Shown here: positions 55,725 to 64,000 of the stretch, one piece after another
How positions within the stretch are numbered: position 1 is the first letter of the stretch
Layout of the letters: each line of letters begins with the position of its first letter
DNA from: an uncultured Chthonomonadaceae bacterium
GTDB lineage: Bacteria; Armatimonadota; Chthonomonadetes; Chthonomonadales; CAJBBX01
Direction: 5' to 3'
Assembly: GCA_964519955.1 (NCBI GenBank)
Contig: CAZFLM010000008.1
Span: forward strand, 4,732-68,731
DNA length: 64,000 nt
Position numbers and translations under genes: made by a program
The notes under the pieces: model-generated
Database searches by the model: none
What the model was told of the DNA's origin: nothing
Seen by the model: only the letters and a program-made list of their open reading frames with translations

Positions 55725-56516
55725 TCAAGCTCGGACGGTTCCTTGCCCTTGGGATGCAGCCGGTCTGCGCTCCATGGCCCGGCGGCGCACATGCAGAACG
55801 CACGAGAGCGCGACGTCCACCGCGCTGCGCCGTCGACGGCCGTAGTTGGCCATCACGGAGGCGGCCGACACAACGCGCTTCTCGTACGCCGCAAGATCGG
55901 AATCGAACATCGCTTCGTCGGCCTCGCCCCACTGGCTATGGTGGTAGCACACCGTCCACACCCCGCGGGAGCGCGGCCGGAACTTCCACAACTGCTGCGG
56001 TATCCACAGCATGCCGTCACGGGCGCGGAACGGGTACAGCGAGAACCCGTCGCTGATCGCGCGGATGCCCCGTTCGAGCAGCAGCCGCACCGTGACGCGA
56101 TCGAAGGAGTGGGCGGGCGCCACCCACAAGTCCGGATGCACCCGCTCCCGGTCGAACACGGCCAACGCCCGGTCGAGCTTCTCGGCCTGCCTCGCTTCGG
56201 CGAGACCGGCGAACTCGCTGCGCGCATGTAGCCTCAGGATACCGGAATCCGTCGTCTCGTAGACGTGCTGATAGCCGTGGAGCCCGATCGTCCAGCCCAT
56301 CGCCTGCCACCGCCGAACGTGATCCCAGAAGCCGGGGTCGGGCGCATTGACCGCGAGCTTGGCGTCCTGGTTGTCCGGCACGACGGCAAGGATCGGCGCC
56401 AGGTTCAGCCCAACGAGCGCCTGCTCGATCCTGGCCCAGATCGCCCAGTCCATCGTCGGGCAGATATCGTCGAACCGCAGCAGGTACTGCGCGGCCCCGA
56501 TCTCGGTCGGCTGCAA
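55725..56516 (-). CDS. DUF2334 / polysaccharide deacetylase-like protein
   Basis: YLLRFDDICPTMDW...APILAVVPDN...GLHGYQH...APAHSF pattern. A TTG at 56516 after AAGGGG is proposed; the start is uncertain. Confidence 0.6.
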   Translation of the reverse strand: MQPTEIGAAQYLLRFDDICPTMDWAIWARIEQALVGLNLAPILAVVPDNQDAKLAVNAPDPGFWDHVRRWQAMGWTIGLHGYQHVYETTDSGILRLHARSEFAGLAEARQAEKLDRALAVFDRERVHPDLWVAPAHSFDRVTVRLLLERGIRAISDGFSLYPFRARDGMLWIPQQLWKFRPRSRGVWTVCYHHSQWGEADEAMFDSDLAAYEKRVVSAASVMANYGRRRRSAVDVALSCVLHVRRRAMERRPAASQGQGTVRA

Positions 56517-56569
56517 TGCGGCGCCCCTTGTCGCCAAACCGGCGGACCTCACGCGTTGCCTGTCCGTCG

Positions 56570-57580
56570 TCACCGGGCCAGCACGCTCCGGAATGTGCGC
56601 GCGAACCCCGCACCCATCTGCTCCCAGGATCGGCTGCCGCGCATCTCCTCGGCGTTCCGCTGACCTGCGCTGCGCACGGCGTCGAGGTGCGCGCCACACC
56701 AGTCCAGCGCGGCCGCGAAGGCCTCCGGCGATCTCTCCCGCAGGATCAAGCCGTTGTCGCCGTCGCGCACCAGTTCCGGTACGATGCCCACATCCGTGCA
56801 GACCGGGAAGCACCCAGCCGCCATCGCCTCCATCAGTGGGAGCAGCTGCCCCTCGTGCCGCGAGGCGACGAGGAAGACATCCAGGCCGTTGTAGAACGCG
56901 TTCATCCGTTCATGCCGCACGCCCCCGGGCGCGATCTGCAGGTTGCACTTGCCCTCGCAGGCCGGCCGCATGATATCGTTCAGACCCTTCACCGGATCGC
57001 GCGCACAGCCCGCCCAGCCGACAGCCATCGGCCCGCTGCGCCGCCGGATGCACCTGAATCGGTCCGAGTTGTAGCCGCGCGGCAGGTGGATCACGCCCGG
57101 ATGCCGGTCCTTGAGCGCCTCGGCGAGCCGCAGCGACGTGCAGGCCACCGTGCCGGCGTCCTGCAGATACCGCGAGGCCAACTCAGCCGGAGTGCAGGGC
57201 CCCCACAGCGGATCGTCCTCCCAACGGTGGCTGCTCACCTGTTTGATGACCCGCTCCGTCGGGAATCCGTAGCGCTGGAACTCGGACTCGCCCCAGAAGA
57301 ACAGGAAGACCAGGTCGTAGTTCCCAGCCAGGATCGTCGGGCGGTCACGGGTATAGCGTATCGCGAACCGGAACTCGCCGGACAGGCACCCGTCCATGTC
57401 CCTCGCGGCGAAGTCGAATGCCCAGCCAGGCTGATCGGCGAGGAGCAGCACGCGAGGCACAGCGCGTACGCCCCGCTCGGATGCCGCCCGAACACGTTCG
57501 GCTGCGTTGGCCATCAGCCGGCGTCGTAGGCGGTGCACCCTCACGATCAGCTTGGGTTTCGGTACGGGGAGTGGTGGCAT
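56570..57580 (-). CDS. Glycosyltransferase (GT-B, GT1/GT4-like C-terminal domain)
   Basis: VFLVASRHEGQLLPLMEAMAAGCFPVCTDVGIVPELV is an E-x7-E-like region. The start may be the internal Met at 57514. Confidence 0.65.
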   Translation of the reverse strand: MPPLPVPKPKLIVRVHRLRRRLMANAAERVRAASERGVRAVPRVLLLADQPGWAFDFAARDMDGCLSGEFRFAIRYTRDRPTILAGNYDLVFLFFWGESEFQRYGFPTERVIKQVSSHRWEDDPLWGPCTPAELASRYLQDAGTVACTSLRLAEALKDRHPGVIHLPRGYNSDRFRCIRRRSGPMAVGWAGCARDPVKGLNDIMRPACEGKCNLQIAPGGVRHERMNAFYNGLDVFLVASRHEGQLLPLMEAMAAGCFPVCTDVGIVPELVRDGDNGLILRERSPEAFAAALDWCGAHLDAVRSAGQRNAEEMRGSRSWEQMGAGFARTFRSVLAR

Positions 57581-57655
57581 GAACGGCGCCTCTGGCTGGA
57601 GTCTGGCCGTGGGGCTGTCTGCTCGACGCGAGGCCAGCGGGGCCAGCGGCTTGCC

Positions 57656-58348
57656 TCACTCGAACGTGACGCCCCAGGCCGAGTAGAAGACCGAGCGTAT
57701 GAACGGCTCGGCTGCGTTCGACGGCAGCATCCCGCTCAGCGGCGACTCGGCGAACTCTGCGAGGGTCCAGACCGGGCGAGGCCATGTGCGGCCCTTCGGC
57801 GGCGCACACGTCGTGCCGAGCTTGCGCGACGTATCGCCGTTCGGGTCCATCGAGAGGAGCAGCTCGAGGATCTGGTTCATGTCGGCCAGGCGCAGCCCGG
57901 CTTCTTCGGCCTGTCCTGCCGCCGCGGCAGCCCGGAACCGGCCGGAAGCCTGCAGGAGGCGCGACTCGAGCGCCTCGAGGGCCATGCGCACGCGGTCCTC
58001 GGGGGCCGACGCAGCCTGCGGCGGAGCGGCCGGCGCTGCGGGAGCTGCCTCGACCGGTGCCGACTGGGCCGGCGCGGGTGGAGTCGGCGGGGCGGGCGGC
58101 TTCGGTGTGGCGCGGCGCGGCGGGCGCTTGACTGCCGGCGGAGTGGCGGGGGCAGCCTGTTCTTCCGTGGCCGGCGCGGGCGGCGCGGCGTCGGTCGGGG
58201 TGGGGGCGGGCGCCTCGTCGGCCGGGCATGCGGCCGCCTCGGGCTCCGGCTCGATGGTCGACACCCCGTCGATCAGCGCGCCGAACTCGAAGGAGTCCGC
58301 CTCTCTGCGGAGGCGCTGCTGCAGCGATCGGAACCTATCCGCCCGCAC
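57656..58348 (-). CDS. Pro/Ala-rich protein with a conserved-looking C-terminal domain, downstream partner of ParA
   Basis: GGAGG then GTG at 58348, overlapping the ParA stop by 14 nt. About 90 aa of low-complexity P/A linker, then a ~110-aa C-terminal domain ending ...FYSAWGVTFE. Confidence 0.55.
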   Translation of the reverse strand: MRADRFRSLQQRLRREADSFEFGALIDGVSTIEPEPEAAACPADEAPAPTPTDAAPPAPATEEQAAPATPPAVKRPPRRATPKPPAPPTPPAPAQSAPVEAAPAAPAAPPQAASAPEDRVRMALEALESRLLQASGRFRAAAAAGQAEEAGLRLADMNQILELLLSMDPNGDTSRKLGTTCAPPKGRTWPRPVWTLAEFAESPLSGMLPSNAAEPFIRSVFYSAWGVTFE

Positions 58349-59111
58349 GCGCGATGACCTCCTCCGCGAGCGCGTCGTAGTTCTGCGCCCCGGACGCACG
58401 CCGGTCGAACAAGATAATCGGCATCCCCTCGACCTCGGACTCCGAGAGGCGCACGTTCTTGTGGATCACGGTCTCAAACACCTTGTCGCCGAACCGCTCC
58501 CGGATCTCCGCCGCGATGGTCTGGTGCAGCCTGGTGCCGCGCTCAACCATCGTCAGCAGCACGCCCAGCAGCTCCACCTTGAACCGGAGGCTGCGCGTCA
58601 GGCGCACGATCTGCTTGTTCAGCGTGTCCATACCGGCGAACGCGTAGAACTTCGGCTCGGTCGGGATCAGCAGGTGGCTGCTCGCTACGATGGCGTTCTC
58701 GGTCAGCGTGCCCAGCGACGGCGGGCAGTCGATGAGGATCCAATCGTACTTGTGGGCCGCGTCCAGCGACTCCAGAGCGTTGCGAAGCCGGTACGCCTTG
58801 TCGGCCATCGGCGTCAGCATCACCTCGGTGTTCGCCAGGTCGAGGTGGCCGGGCGCCAGGAAGAGCGGCAGGTCCGAGATCTGGACCAGGATCGTCGAGA
58901 GGGGACACTCGTCTGGGTCCAGCAGCACGTTGTGCAGCGCCGTCGGAAGGGTGTACCACTCCACGCCAAGGCCGAGCGTCAAGTTGGCCTGCGGGTCCAG
59001 GTCGATCAGGAGCGTGCGGTAGCCGCGCGAGGCGAGGCAGGCGCCGAGGTTGGCGGTGGTCGTGGTCTTGGCCACGCCGCCCTTCTGGTTCACGATGGCG
59101 ACGATGTTCAT
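58335..59111 (-). CDS. parA: ParA/Soj-family P-loop ATPase
   Basis: IVAIVNQKGGVAKTTTTANLGACLA is the deviant Walker A. LLIDLDPQANLT. WILIDCPPSLG. Confidence 0.9.
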   Translation of the reverse strand: MNIVAIVNQKGGVAKTTTTANLGACLASRGYRTLLIDLDPQANLTLGLGVEWYTLPTALHNVLLDPDECPLSTILVQISDLPLFLAPGHLDLANTEVMLTPMADKAYRLRNALESLDAAHKYDWILIDCPPSLGTLTENAIVASSHLLIPTEPKFYAFAGMDTLNKQIVRLTRSLRFKVELLGVLLTMVERGTRLHQTIAAEIRERFGDKVFETVIHKNVRLSESEVEGMPIILFDRRASGAQNYDALAEEVIARAGG

Positions 59112-59914
59112 CGGGCATCCGCCTGGGCGCCGTCCGCGCCGGTCTGAGCGAGTTGCAGTCGCGAGGCGTCCACGGTCAGAGTGCCGAGGGGGTTGTAGCA
59201 GGTCCGCGGCCGGAGCTGCACCTGGCGGCTCGCACCCATCGGGCGTCCGGAGACGACGAAGATGCCGTTGCGCAGGTCGTCGAGGAACGCCATGTACTCC
59301 TCCGACGCGTCCTGGTCCTCGTGAATGCGCAAGCGGGTCAGCTCGACGATGGTCCTCCAGAGCTGCGTGGAGGGGTCCACCGCCCGGTCGCCGCGGCGGA
59401 ACTGCACCAGATCGCCGATGCAGAAGGGGTTGCCCCACGGGTCGCCGACCGGGCACCACTCTGTCGTGTCGGCGTCGGTGACGGTGGGCATGCCGAAGGT
59501 CACACGATGCTCGCCGCGGCGCACGGGGTAGCAGAGGCCGCGCCCGTTGCCGTCGTCCGCGAACATGGCGATCGCGAGGACCTCGTTGTCGTCGGGGCAC
59601 ATCGTCGCTGGCGAGCGGAACACGAGGCGGTCGGCGGTCTGCGCGGCCTGCGAGATGACAGCGTAGGCGACAGCGCGCTTGTCGCGCACGAACCGGCGGG
59701 CTTCCTCGAACGCGGCCTGGATGCCGTCGTTCGAGTCCCACTCCAGCGCCACGGCATCGACGCCCGCGGTCGCCGTGAAGGCGAGCACCGTCGGGCGGAT
59801 GTTGCCGGCCTTGAGGAGGCTGCTGGTCGCGCCGATGTCGAGGAGGGCGAACTCCCCTTCGAAGTTGAACTCCTGGTCCGCCAAGCCGTCGCTCCCTTGC
59901 CGCGTACCGGGCAT
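59108..59914 (-). CDS. Hypothetical protein, translationally coupled to ParA
   Basis: 268 aa from the ATG at 59914. ATGA overlap with the parA start. No motif recognised. Confidence 0.55.
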   Translation of the reverse strand: MPGTRQGSDGLADQEFNFEGEFALLDIGATSSLLKAGNIRPTVLAFTATAGVDAVALEWDSNDGIQAAFEEARRFVRDKRAVAYAVISQAAQTADRLVFRSPATMCPDDNEVLAIAMFADDGNGRGLCYPVRRGEHRVTFGMPTVTDADTTEWCPVGDPWGNPFCIGDLVQFRRGDRAVDPSTQLWRTIVELTRLRIHEDQDASEEYMAFLDDLRNGIFVVSGRPMGASRQVQLRPRTCYNPLGTLTVDASRLQLAQTGADGAQADAR

Positions 59915-60066
59915 GGCCCCGGGGAGATGACCGCGCCGTTCGCGTCCCGGCGACGGCAATCCCCGCCGCCAATCGGCCCGCCGCGGAAGCTCATTGTAGA
60001 CACTCGACGGCCAGGATGTCAAGCTAGGAAAGCCGACCTTGCTCGCTATCGCGAGCCCGCCCAGCC

Positions 60067-60095
60067 TTGACAGGCGCGACCGGTGCGACTATCCT
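60067..60095 (+). promoter_or_regulatory. Sigma70-type promoter candidate (TTGACA-17-TATCCT)
   Basis: TTGACA at 60067-60072, a 17-nt spacer, and TATCCT at 60090-60095, about 70 nt upstream of the ATG at 60167. Confidence 0.45.
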
Positions 60096-60166
60096 GTGCG
60101 GGGCAGGTCCGCGCCGCCACCCGACAGCGTGTGCCACCCGATCCTGGCTCCCGACGGTCCACCCGA

Positions 60167-62335
60167 ATGCCACTCGAACCGCTCATCGCCCACCCGCTGC
60201 CGGCCGCGCCAGCCTTCACGGGCCGCGAGGCCGAGTTGAACGCCCTCCGCGAGTTCTGGGGGCGGCCCAACGGCGTCCTCTCCCTCGTCGGACTCGGCGG
60301 CGCGGGCAAGACGGCCCTGGCGCAGGAGTTCGTCGAGCGCATCCTTCCCCGCGATCCTCCGGACACCCTCGTCGTGTGGAGCTTCTACGACGAGCCGGAC
60401 GCGAACGCCTTCCTGCAGGCATCGTGGCGCTACCTGACCGGCGACGCGACTGGCGATGCCCGCGGCGCGGGGTGGTTCCACCTGCTGAAGGAGGCCCTGA
60501 GCGACGGGCGCCGGCACCTCTTCGTGCTGGATGGGCTCGAGCGCGTGCAGCACCAGCACACCGACGCCACCGGCATCTACGGCGAGATGGAGGACCCGCT
60601 GCTGCGCGGCTTCCTCTCCCGCATCGCCGCCGGCACCGGCCGCGCCAAGGCCATTATCACGACCCGCTTCCCCGTCGCCGACGTCGAGCGCTGGCGCGAC
60701 CGGGGCTACACTCTGATCGATGTCGACGCCCTCACCCGCGACTCCGCGCGCCGGCTCCTGCGCTCCCACGGCGTCCGCGGTGACGACGCGGTCCTCGACC
60801 GGCTGACCGACCTGTACGGCGGGCACGCGCTCACCCTCGACCTGCTGGGCGGCGCGCTGAGCCGGTTCTTCGGCGCGTCCTCGGTGCCCGTGCTGGAGCC
60901 GGCCGCCCCCGCCGAGGAGGGCATCAGCCCACAGGAAGCCCGCCTGGCCGCCGTCCTGCGCCTCTACGAGCGCCACCTGCCGAAGGCCGAGCTGGCCCTG
61001 CTCTGCAGGCTCTGCATCTTCCGCTTCGGCGTGGATGCAGAGGCCCTCTGGAGCATCTTCCTGGCGCCGGGACGTGAGGCCGTCGCGGGAGACATGGTGG
61101 GCCTGAGCGCGTCCGCACTCGAGGCGGGGCTCGCGAACCTCGTGGCGGCTCACCTGACGCTCCGCGACCAGCGAGGGCGATTCACCATCCACCCCGCTGT
61201 GCGCGACCACTTCTACCGCCTTTTCCGCGAGCCCGCCATCCTGCACGAAGCCGTGCGCGAGCACTACAGCTCGCTCACCAGCCGGCCCGGCATCGGCCTG
61301 CCCAGCGACAAGGCCACCCTCGACCTGCTCGAGGAGTTGATCTACCACGCCATCCACAGCGGCAACGTGGCGGAGGCGGTCGAGGTCTACCGGCACCGCC
61401 TGGGCGGGAACGACCACCTGAACGCGCACCTGGGCGAGTACGTGCGCACGCACCGCATTCTGCGCGCCTTCCGCGAGTGCCCGGATCCGAGCGCCATGTA
61501 CCACTGCCTGCGCGCGTTTGGCCGGTTCGCCGAGGCCTTGCAGTGGCGCCCGCGCAACAGCTACATCCGCCTCTTGAGCGGCGAGTTGGCGCCCCTGCGA
61601 GAGGACCGCGCCGACGCGACGCGGCGCTTCGCTCAGTTCCTGCAGGGCGAGCCTGTCGAGATCCCGGACCGCAGCCCGGATATGCCGATCACCGCGGCGT
61701 CGCTCCATCTGCTCAAGGGCGCGGTCGATGAGGCGCGGCGGGTGGCCGCCACCGAGAAGGAAGTCTCCCTCTATCAGGACGATCGCGTCCGCAACGACAT
61801 GGCCCTGGCGGAGGCGGCGCGGCGGGAAGGGCGCCTGGACCAGTGCCGGGAGCTGCTCACAGCCGCGTCGTCCTGGGTCCTGAACTCCGGTTCGCAGGAG
61901 CACCTGGCCTGCCTGCACCTGGCCCGCGCGCGCCTGGCCATCGACGAGGGCAGCGTCCGCGCGGCCAGGGCCGCCCTCGACGAGGGGCTCCACACGTCGG
62001 AGGAGTGCGGCTTCGGCCTGTTGACGGTCGATCTGCTCTGTGAGAAGGCTCGTCTGGCGATGCAGTGCGCCGAGTGGGTATCGGCCGAGGAGGCGGCCCG
62101 GCGGTCGATCGGCATCGCGGCTGAGGCAGTGTGCCGCTATGCGTGGGGCGAGGCGCAGGCGCGGCATCTGCTCGGCGAGGCGCTGGCAGGGCAGGGCAGG
62201 TACGCCGAGGCGGTGGAGGCTTACGCGGGCGCCCTGGCCATCCGCCGTCGCATCGGCGACCACGCCGCGATGGCGACGGAGCGCGCGATGAGAGCGGCGG
62301 CCGCACGGCTGCCGGACGCGCCCGCGGGCAACTGA
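60167..62335 (+). CDS. STAND-class NTPase (NB-ARC/AAA-like) with C-terminal TPR-like repeats
   Basis: FTGREAELNALREFW...LSLVGLGGAGKTALAQEF is the Walker A. HLFVLDGLE is the Walker B. The C-terminal ~350 aa are helical repeats (...YAEAVEAYAGALAIRRRIGD). Confidence 0.8.
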   Translation: MPLEPLIAHPLPAAPAFTGREAELNALREFWGRPNGVLSLVGLGGAGKTALAQEFVERILPRDPPDTLVVWSFYDEPDANAFLQASWRYLTGDATGDARGAGWFHLLKEALSDGRRHLFVLDGLERVQHQHTDATGIYGEMEDPLLRGFLSRIAAGTGRAKAIITTRFPVADVERWRDRGYTLIDVDALTRDSARRLLRSHGVRGDDAVLDRLTDLYGGHALTLDLLGGALSRFFGASSVPVLEPAAPAEEGISPQEARLAAVLRLYERHLPKAELALLCRLCIFRFGVDAEALWSIFLAPGREAVAGDMVGLSASALEAGLANLVAAHLTLRDQRGRFTIHPAVRDHFYRLFREPAILHEAVREHYSSLTSRPGIGLPSDKATLDLLEELIYHAIHSGNVAEAVEVYRHRLGGNDHLNAHLGEYVRTHRILRAFRECPDPSAMYHCLRAFGRFAEALQWRPRNSYIRLLSGELAPLREDRADATRRFAQFLQGEPVEIPDRSPDMPITAASLHLLKGAVDEARRVAATEKEVSLYQDDRVRNDMALAEAARREGRLDQCRELLTAASSWVLNSGSQEHLACLHLARARLAIDEGSVRAARAALDEGLHTSEECGFGLLTVDLLCEKARLAMQCAEWVSAEEAARRSIGIAAEAVCRYAWGEAQARHLLGEALAGQGRYAEAVEAYAGALAIRRRIGDHAAMATERAMRAAAARLPDAPAGN

Positions 62336-62583
62336 CGCGCGCCGTGCGCGGCCCGGTGCCGTGTGTAGCCAACCACGCCTAGGTTGCCGCGGTCGTCTGA
62401 GTCCGCGACGGCGGACTTCGTGCTGCTCTGAGGCGCGGATACATCAGTCGGCGGCCCCGGTTCGGGGTGACGACGCAGGGGCTCCATCATAGTGAGACGC
62501 GCACCCCATCGGCGATACGTGCAGGAGTTCCGGCGCGCGCGGAGAAGAACGGACCACGAGTTCACGACAGGTGGAGGGTGGCG

Positions 62584-63603
62584 ATGGACAAGATCGGTGT
62601 AGCAGTGTCGGGCGCCGGGTGGGTCTCCGGCGAGCACATCAAAGCCTATGTCAACAATCCGGCGGCTCGGTTCGTGGGCATGTACAGCCGGCGCCCCGAG
62701 TCCGCTAAGGCGCGTCTGGCCGAACTGGGCGTGGTCGGCGCGCGCGTCTACGATAGCTACGAGCAGCTCCTGGCGGACCCGAAGGTGCAGGCGGTCTCCA
62801 TCTGCTCGCCGCCGAACATTCATCCGCAGCAGACCATCGCGGCGGCTGAGGCCGGCAAGCATATCCTCATCGAGAAGTCGGTCGCCAACGACATCGACAG
62901 CCTGCGGGCGATGTGCGCCGCGGTCGAGAAGGCCGGCGTCAAGACGGTCGTCAGCTTCGTGCTGCGCTGGAACCCCGAGTTCGTTTGGATCCGCCGCATG
63001 CTGGAGGAGGGCGCCATCGGTCCCGTGTTCTACGCCGAGGTCGACTACTGGCACAACATCGGCCCGCAGTACGTGCAGTACGCGTGGAACGTCAAGAAGG
63101 AGATCGCGGGCGACGTGCTGCTCTCCGCGGGCTGCCACGCGGTCGACGCGATCCGCTGGTTCCTGGGCGATGAGGTCGTCGAGGTCTCCGCGGTCTCCAA
63201 CAAGCGAAACCCGGAGTACGAGTACGACACCAACCTCATCGGGCTGCTGAAGTTCGCCGGCGGCGCCATCGGCAAGGTGTCTGCGAGCTTCGACGTGCGG
63301 TCGCCCTACGCGTTCAACATCGACCTGCTGGGCGAGAAGGGCACCATCCGCGACAACCACATCTACGCCAAGGACTTCTTCGCCGGCCAGACCAACTGGA
63401 TCGAGGTGCCCACCATTCGCCCCGACAGCGGCGACGTGACGCACCACCCGTTCCTCGGCGAGATCGACCACTTCCTCGACTGCATCGCGACGGGCCGCGA
63501 GTCGCACATCAACCTCGCCGACGCGGCGCGCACGCACGAGGTCTGCTACGCCCTCGTCATGGCAGCCGCCGAGGGCCGCACCGTCAAGATCGCCGAGCTG
63601 TAG
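62584..63603 (+). CDS. Gfo/Idh/MocA-family NAD(P)-dependent oxidoreductase
   Basis: GGAGGG RBS. IGVAVSGAGWVSGEHIKAY is a Rossmann motif. AVSICSPPNIHPQQTIAAAEAGKHILIEKS contains the EKP-like motif. Confidence 0.85.
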   Translation: MDKIGVAVSGAGWVSGEHIKAYVNNPAARFVGMYSRRPESAKARLAELGVVGARVYDSYEQLLADPKVQAVSICSPPNIHPQQTIAAAEAGKHILIEKSVANDIDSLRAMCAAVEKAGVKTVVSFVLRWNPEFVWIRRMLEEGAIGPVFYAEVDYWHNIGPQYVQYAWNVKKEIAGDVLLSAGCHAVDAIRWFLGDEVVEVSAVSNKRNPEYEYDTNLIGLLKFAGGAIGKVSASFDVRSPYAFNIDLLGEKGTIRDNHIYAKDFFAGQTNWIEVPTIRPDSGDVTHHPFLGEIDHFLDCIATGRESHINLADAARTHEVCYALVMAAAEGRTVKIAEL

Positions 63604-63628
63604 ACGCGAGCCGGCCGCGGGGCTGTAC

Positions 63629-63654
63629 GGACGGGCACGGAGGCCCATCCCACC
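63629..63654. repeat. 26-nt REP-like hairpin element, inverted copy of 8032-8057
   Basis: GGACGGGCACGGAGGCCCATCCCACC is the exact reverse complement of the copy at 8032-8057. It lies 26 nt after the stop at 63603. Confidence 0.7.
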
Positions 63655-63714
63655 ACGACGGTCCTGCGCGGTTCGGGCTGGAATGACGCCCGTCACTACC
63701 CTAGAGGAAACACC

Positions 63715-64000
63715 ATGTTCACCTACGATCTGGCGAAGTTCATCGCCTTTCGGGACCTGGCCGCCTGCGAGCGCGTCCGGGCCATCAAGCGCGCCGACCT
63801 GACCAAGCACCCGAACCCCGACTTCCACGTGCGCATCAGCGACGACCCGGCGCAGTTCTACTTCGACTTCGCGCTGGACATCGTCAACCGCATCAAGCAG
63901 GCGCGCGACGAGGGCCGCACGTTCGTCGGCATCTTCCCCGTCGGCCCCATGCCGCAGTACCAGTTCGCCGCCAAGCTCATCAACGAGACGAACCTCTCGA
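63715..64000 (+). CDS. Partial CDS (5' end), possibly glucosamine-6-phosphate deaminase/6-phosphogluconolactonase-like
   Basis: GAGGAA RBS then ATG at 63715. Open to the window end (95 codons). ...GRTFVGIFPVGPMPQY resembles the NagB/Pgl-family N-terminal motif. Not in the ORF track because there is no stop in the window. Confidence 0.5.
   Translation, partial: MFTYDLAKFIAFRDLAACERVRAIKRADLTKHPNPDFHVRISDDPAQFYFDFALDIVNRIKQARDEGRTFVGIFPVGPMPQYQFAAKLINETNLS

Overview
High-GC (by eye about 68-70%), densely coding bacterial chromosomal window with no rRNA, tRNA, CRISPR, transposase or integrase. All function calls come from motif recognition on the supplied translations; no database search was possible. 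The lineage is unknown; a prepilin-like DUF1559/H-X9-DG-type protein hints at Armatimonadota/Planctomycetota-like bacteria. Housekeeping genes: recN, bcp peroxiredoxin, a glutaredoxin-like protein, DAHP synthase, hisC-like aminotransferase, a tryptophanase/tyrosine phenol-lyase family enzyme and a GH29 fucosidase. Other content: a NikR-linked ECF-type transporter operon and a glycan-biosynthesis cluster at about 48.1-57.6 kb (GT4, GT2, pyruvyl transferase, WecB, DUF2334, one frameshifted GT4). A c-di-GMP signalling neighbourhood at 25-34 kb holds a GGDEF cyclase, a PAS histidine kinase and an HD-GYP/GAF/GGDEF protein, plus two tandem GEMM-I (c-di-GMP-I) riboswitch aptamers in front of a secreted S8 protease. 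Three items look most novel. (1) A family of six to seven paralogous 2-TM/HEAT-like proteins all end in a triple LLRP peptide tail. Four to five sit in a translationally coupled tandem array at 13.8-17.7 kb that a mazEF cassette with its own consensus promoter has invaded; two more lie between the histidine kinase and the GGDEF cyclase. (2) A lower-GC, opposite-strand two-gene cassette at 41.25-44.07 kb encodes a small Cys4 zinc-ribbon-like protein and an 861-aa membrane-anchored protein with about six S1 RNA-binding repeats. (3) Unusual intergenic repeat structure: heptanucleotide tandem tracts (STRR-like), a 4x ~57-bp hairpin array and a dispersed 26-nt REP-like hairpin. Many long ORFs in the six-frame track are high-GC shadow ORFs and were rejected.
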